Below are positions 62,501 through 64,000 of a stretch of DNA of 64,000 nt, one piece after another. Source of the DNA: the human T2T-CHM13v2.0 reference genome, Homo sapiens. Within the stretch, counting starts at the first letter, position 1. Every line of letters starts with the position of its first letter. The stretch spans positions 10,368,001-10,432,000 of the forward strand of contig CP086569.2 of the NCBI GenBank assembly GCA_009914755.4, read 5' to 3'. The translations under genes and the position numbers were made by a program. The notes below the pieces were generated by a model. That model was not told the origin of the DNA and searched no databases. It saw only the letters and a program-made list of their open reading frames with translations.

Positions 62501-64000
62501 AACATTTTTTCCACATTTCAACTTTGGTGAATCTGACAATTATGTGTCTTGGAGTTTCTCTTCTCGAGGAGTATCTTTCTGGCATTCTCTGTATTTCCTG
62601 AATGTGAATGTTGGCCTGCGTTCCTAGATTGGGGAAGTTCTCCTCGATAATATACACAGTGTGTGTTTCAACTTGGTTCTATTCTCCCCATCACTTTCAG
62701 ATACACCAATCAGACGTAGATTTGGTCTTTTCACATAGTTCTATATTTCTTGGAGGTTTGCTCATTTCTTTTTATTCTTTTTTCTCTAAACTTCTCTTTT
62801 CACTTCATTTCATGCCTTTCATCTTCCATCACTGATACCGTTTCTTCCAGTTGATTGAATCATCTACTGAGGCTTGGGCATTCATCACGTGGTTCTCGTG
62901 CCATGGTTTTCAGCTCCATCAGGTCCTTTAAGGACTTCTCTGCATTGGTTATTCTACTTAGCCATTCATCTAATTTTTTTTCAAGCTTTTTAACTTCTTT
63001 GCCATGGGTTCAAAGTTTCTCCTTTAGCTTGAAGTCATTTGATCATCTGAAGCCTTCTTCTCTCAACTCATCAAAGTCATTCTCCGTCTGGATTTGTCCC
63101 ATTGCTGGTGAGGAGATGCATTCCTTTGGAGGAAGAGAGGCATTCTCATTTTTAGAGTTTCCATTGTTTCTGCTCTGTTTTTTCCCCATCTTTGTGGTTT
63201 TATCTACCTTTGGTCTTTGATGATTTTGATGTACAGATGGATTTTTTGCATGGATGTCCTTTCTGTTTCTTAGTTTTCCTTCTAACAGTCAGGACCCTCA
63301 GCTGCAGGTCTGTTGGAGTTTGCTGAAGGTCCACTCCTCACCCTGTTTGCCTGGGTATCAGCAGCAGTGGCTGCAGAACAGCGGATATTGGTGAACCACA
63401 AATGCTGCTGCTTGATCATTCCTCTGGAAGTTTTGTCTCACAGGAGTACCCAGCCATGTTAGGTTTCAGTCCGCCCTTACTGGGTGTGCCTCCCAATTGG
63501 GCTACTCGGGGTTCAGGGACCCAGTTGAGGAGGCAGTCTGCCCGTTCTCAGATCTCCAGCTGCAGCTGGGAGAATCACTACTCTCTTCAAAGCTGTCAGA
63601 CAAGGACATTTAAGTCTGCAGAGATTTCTGCTGCCTTTTGTTTGGCTATGTCCTACCCCCAGAGGTAGAGTCTACAGAGGCAGGCAGCCCTCCTTGACCT
63701 GAATTGGGCTCCACCGAGTTCGAGCTTCCCAGATGCTTTACCTACTCAAGCCTCAGCAATGGCAGGGGACCCTTCCCCAGCCTTGCTGCCACGTTGCAGT
63801 TTGATCTCAGACTGCTGTGCTAGCAATGAGTGAGGTTCTGTGGGCCTAGGACCCTCCAATCCAGGCATGAGATATAATCTCCTGGAGTGACTTTTGCTAA
63901 GACAATTGGAAAAGTGTAGTATTAGGATGGGAATGACCCAATTTTCCAGGTGCCATCTGTCACCACTTTCTTTGACTGGGAAAAGGAATTCCCTGACCCC
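59570..64000 (-). mobile_element. L1PA/L1PB-family element, minus orientation. ORF2, ORF1 and the 5'UTR are present, and the 5'UTR runs off the window end. The 3' part of ORF2 is missing. ORFs are broken by stops and frameshifts.
   Basis: Minus ORFs are collinear L1 ORF2 fragments:
- 59475-59864: ...[76 protein letters not shown].
- 59861-60112: ...[41 protein letters not shown]....
- 61167-61649: RT/EN region.
- 61658-62038: ...CVQETYLMCRDTHRLKIKGWRKIYQANGKQRKAGVAILVSDKTDFKP...NIYAPNTGAPRFIKKVL....

The 5'UTR reverse complement is readable at 63300-63960 (...agcacagcagtctgagatcaaactgcaacgtggcagcaaggctgggg...). Confidence 0.9.

Overview
This window is human (primate) pericentromeric DNA, not a prokaryotic locus. 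It contains no defence island, operon or CRISPR array, and I could not identify any intact protein-coding gene. The sequence is a mosaic of interspersed repeats and satellites, in this order:

- **1-4955:** a degenerate ERV1-type endogenous retrovirus on the minus strand, with gag (two CCHC zinc knuckles), a tRNA-Phe-like primer-binding site and its 5' LTR.
- **5-19.5 kb:** Alu and L1 fragments and microsatellites in otherwise unique sequence. It includes a short run of exon-like open segments with canonical splice signals on the minus strand (18.4-19.2 kb).
- **19.8-21.7 kb:** a CpG-rich island built as a diverged inverted duplication, with an expanded (CCTCCA)n hexamer in one arm.
- **21937-38934:** a ~17-kb monomeric/dimeric alpha-satellite array (171-bp monomers, alternating A/B types, pJalpha-type motif). 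It switches strand at 31620/31621 in a palindromic, mirror-duplicated configuration.
- **38935-39060:** an isolated L1 5'UTR fragment.
- **39376-44490:** a tandem GC-rich macro-repeat (units about 1.3-1.7 kb) on the minus strand. Each intact unit embeds a 5S-rRNA-derived segment with a TC-rich and TG-rich spacer. One unit carries a ~330-bp deletion, one is split by a solo LTR, and the last retains a CpG-island character.
- **44.5-64 kb:** nested L1 elements (old L1M/L1PB pieces and an L1PA element running off the window end), Alus, and unique sequence.

The most interesting items are the 5S-rDNA-like tandem array abutting alpha satellite, the alpha-satellite palindrome, and the CpG-island inverted duplication.
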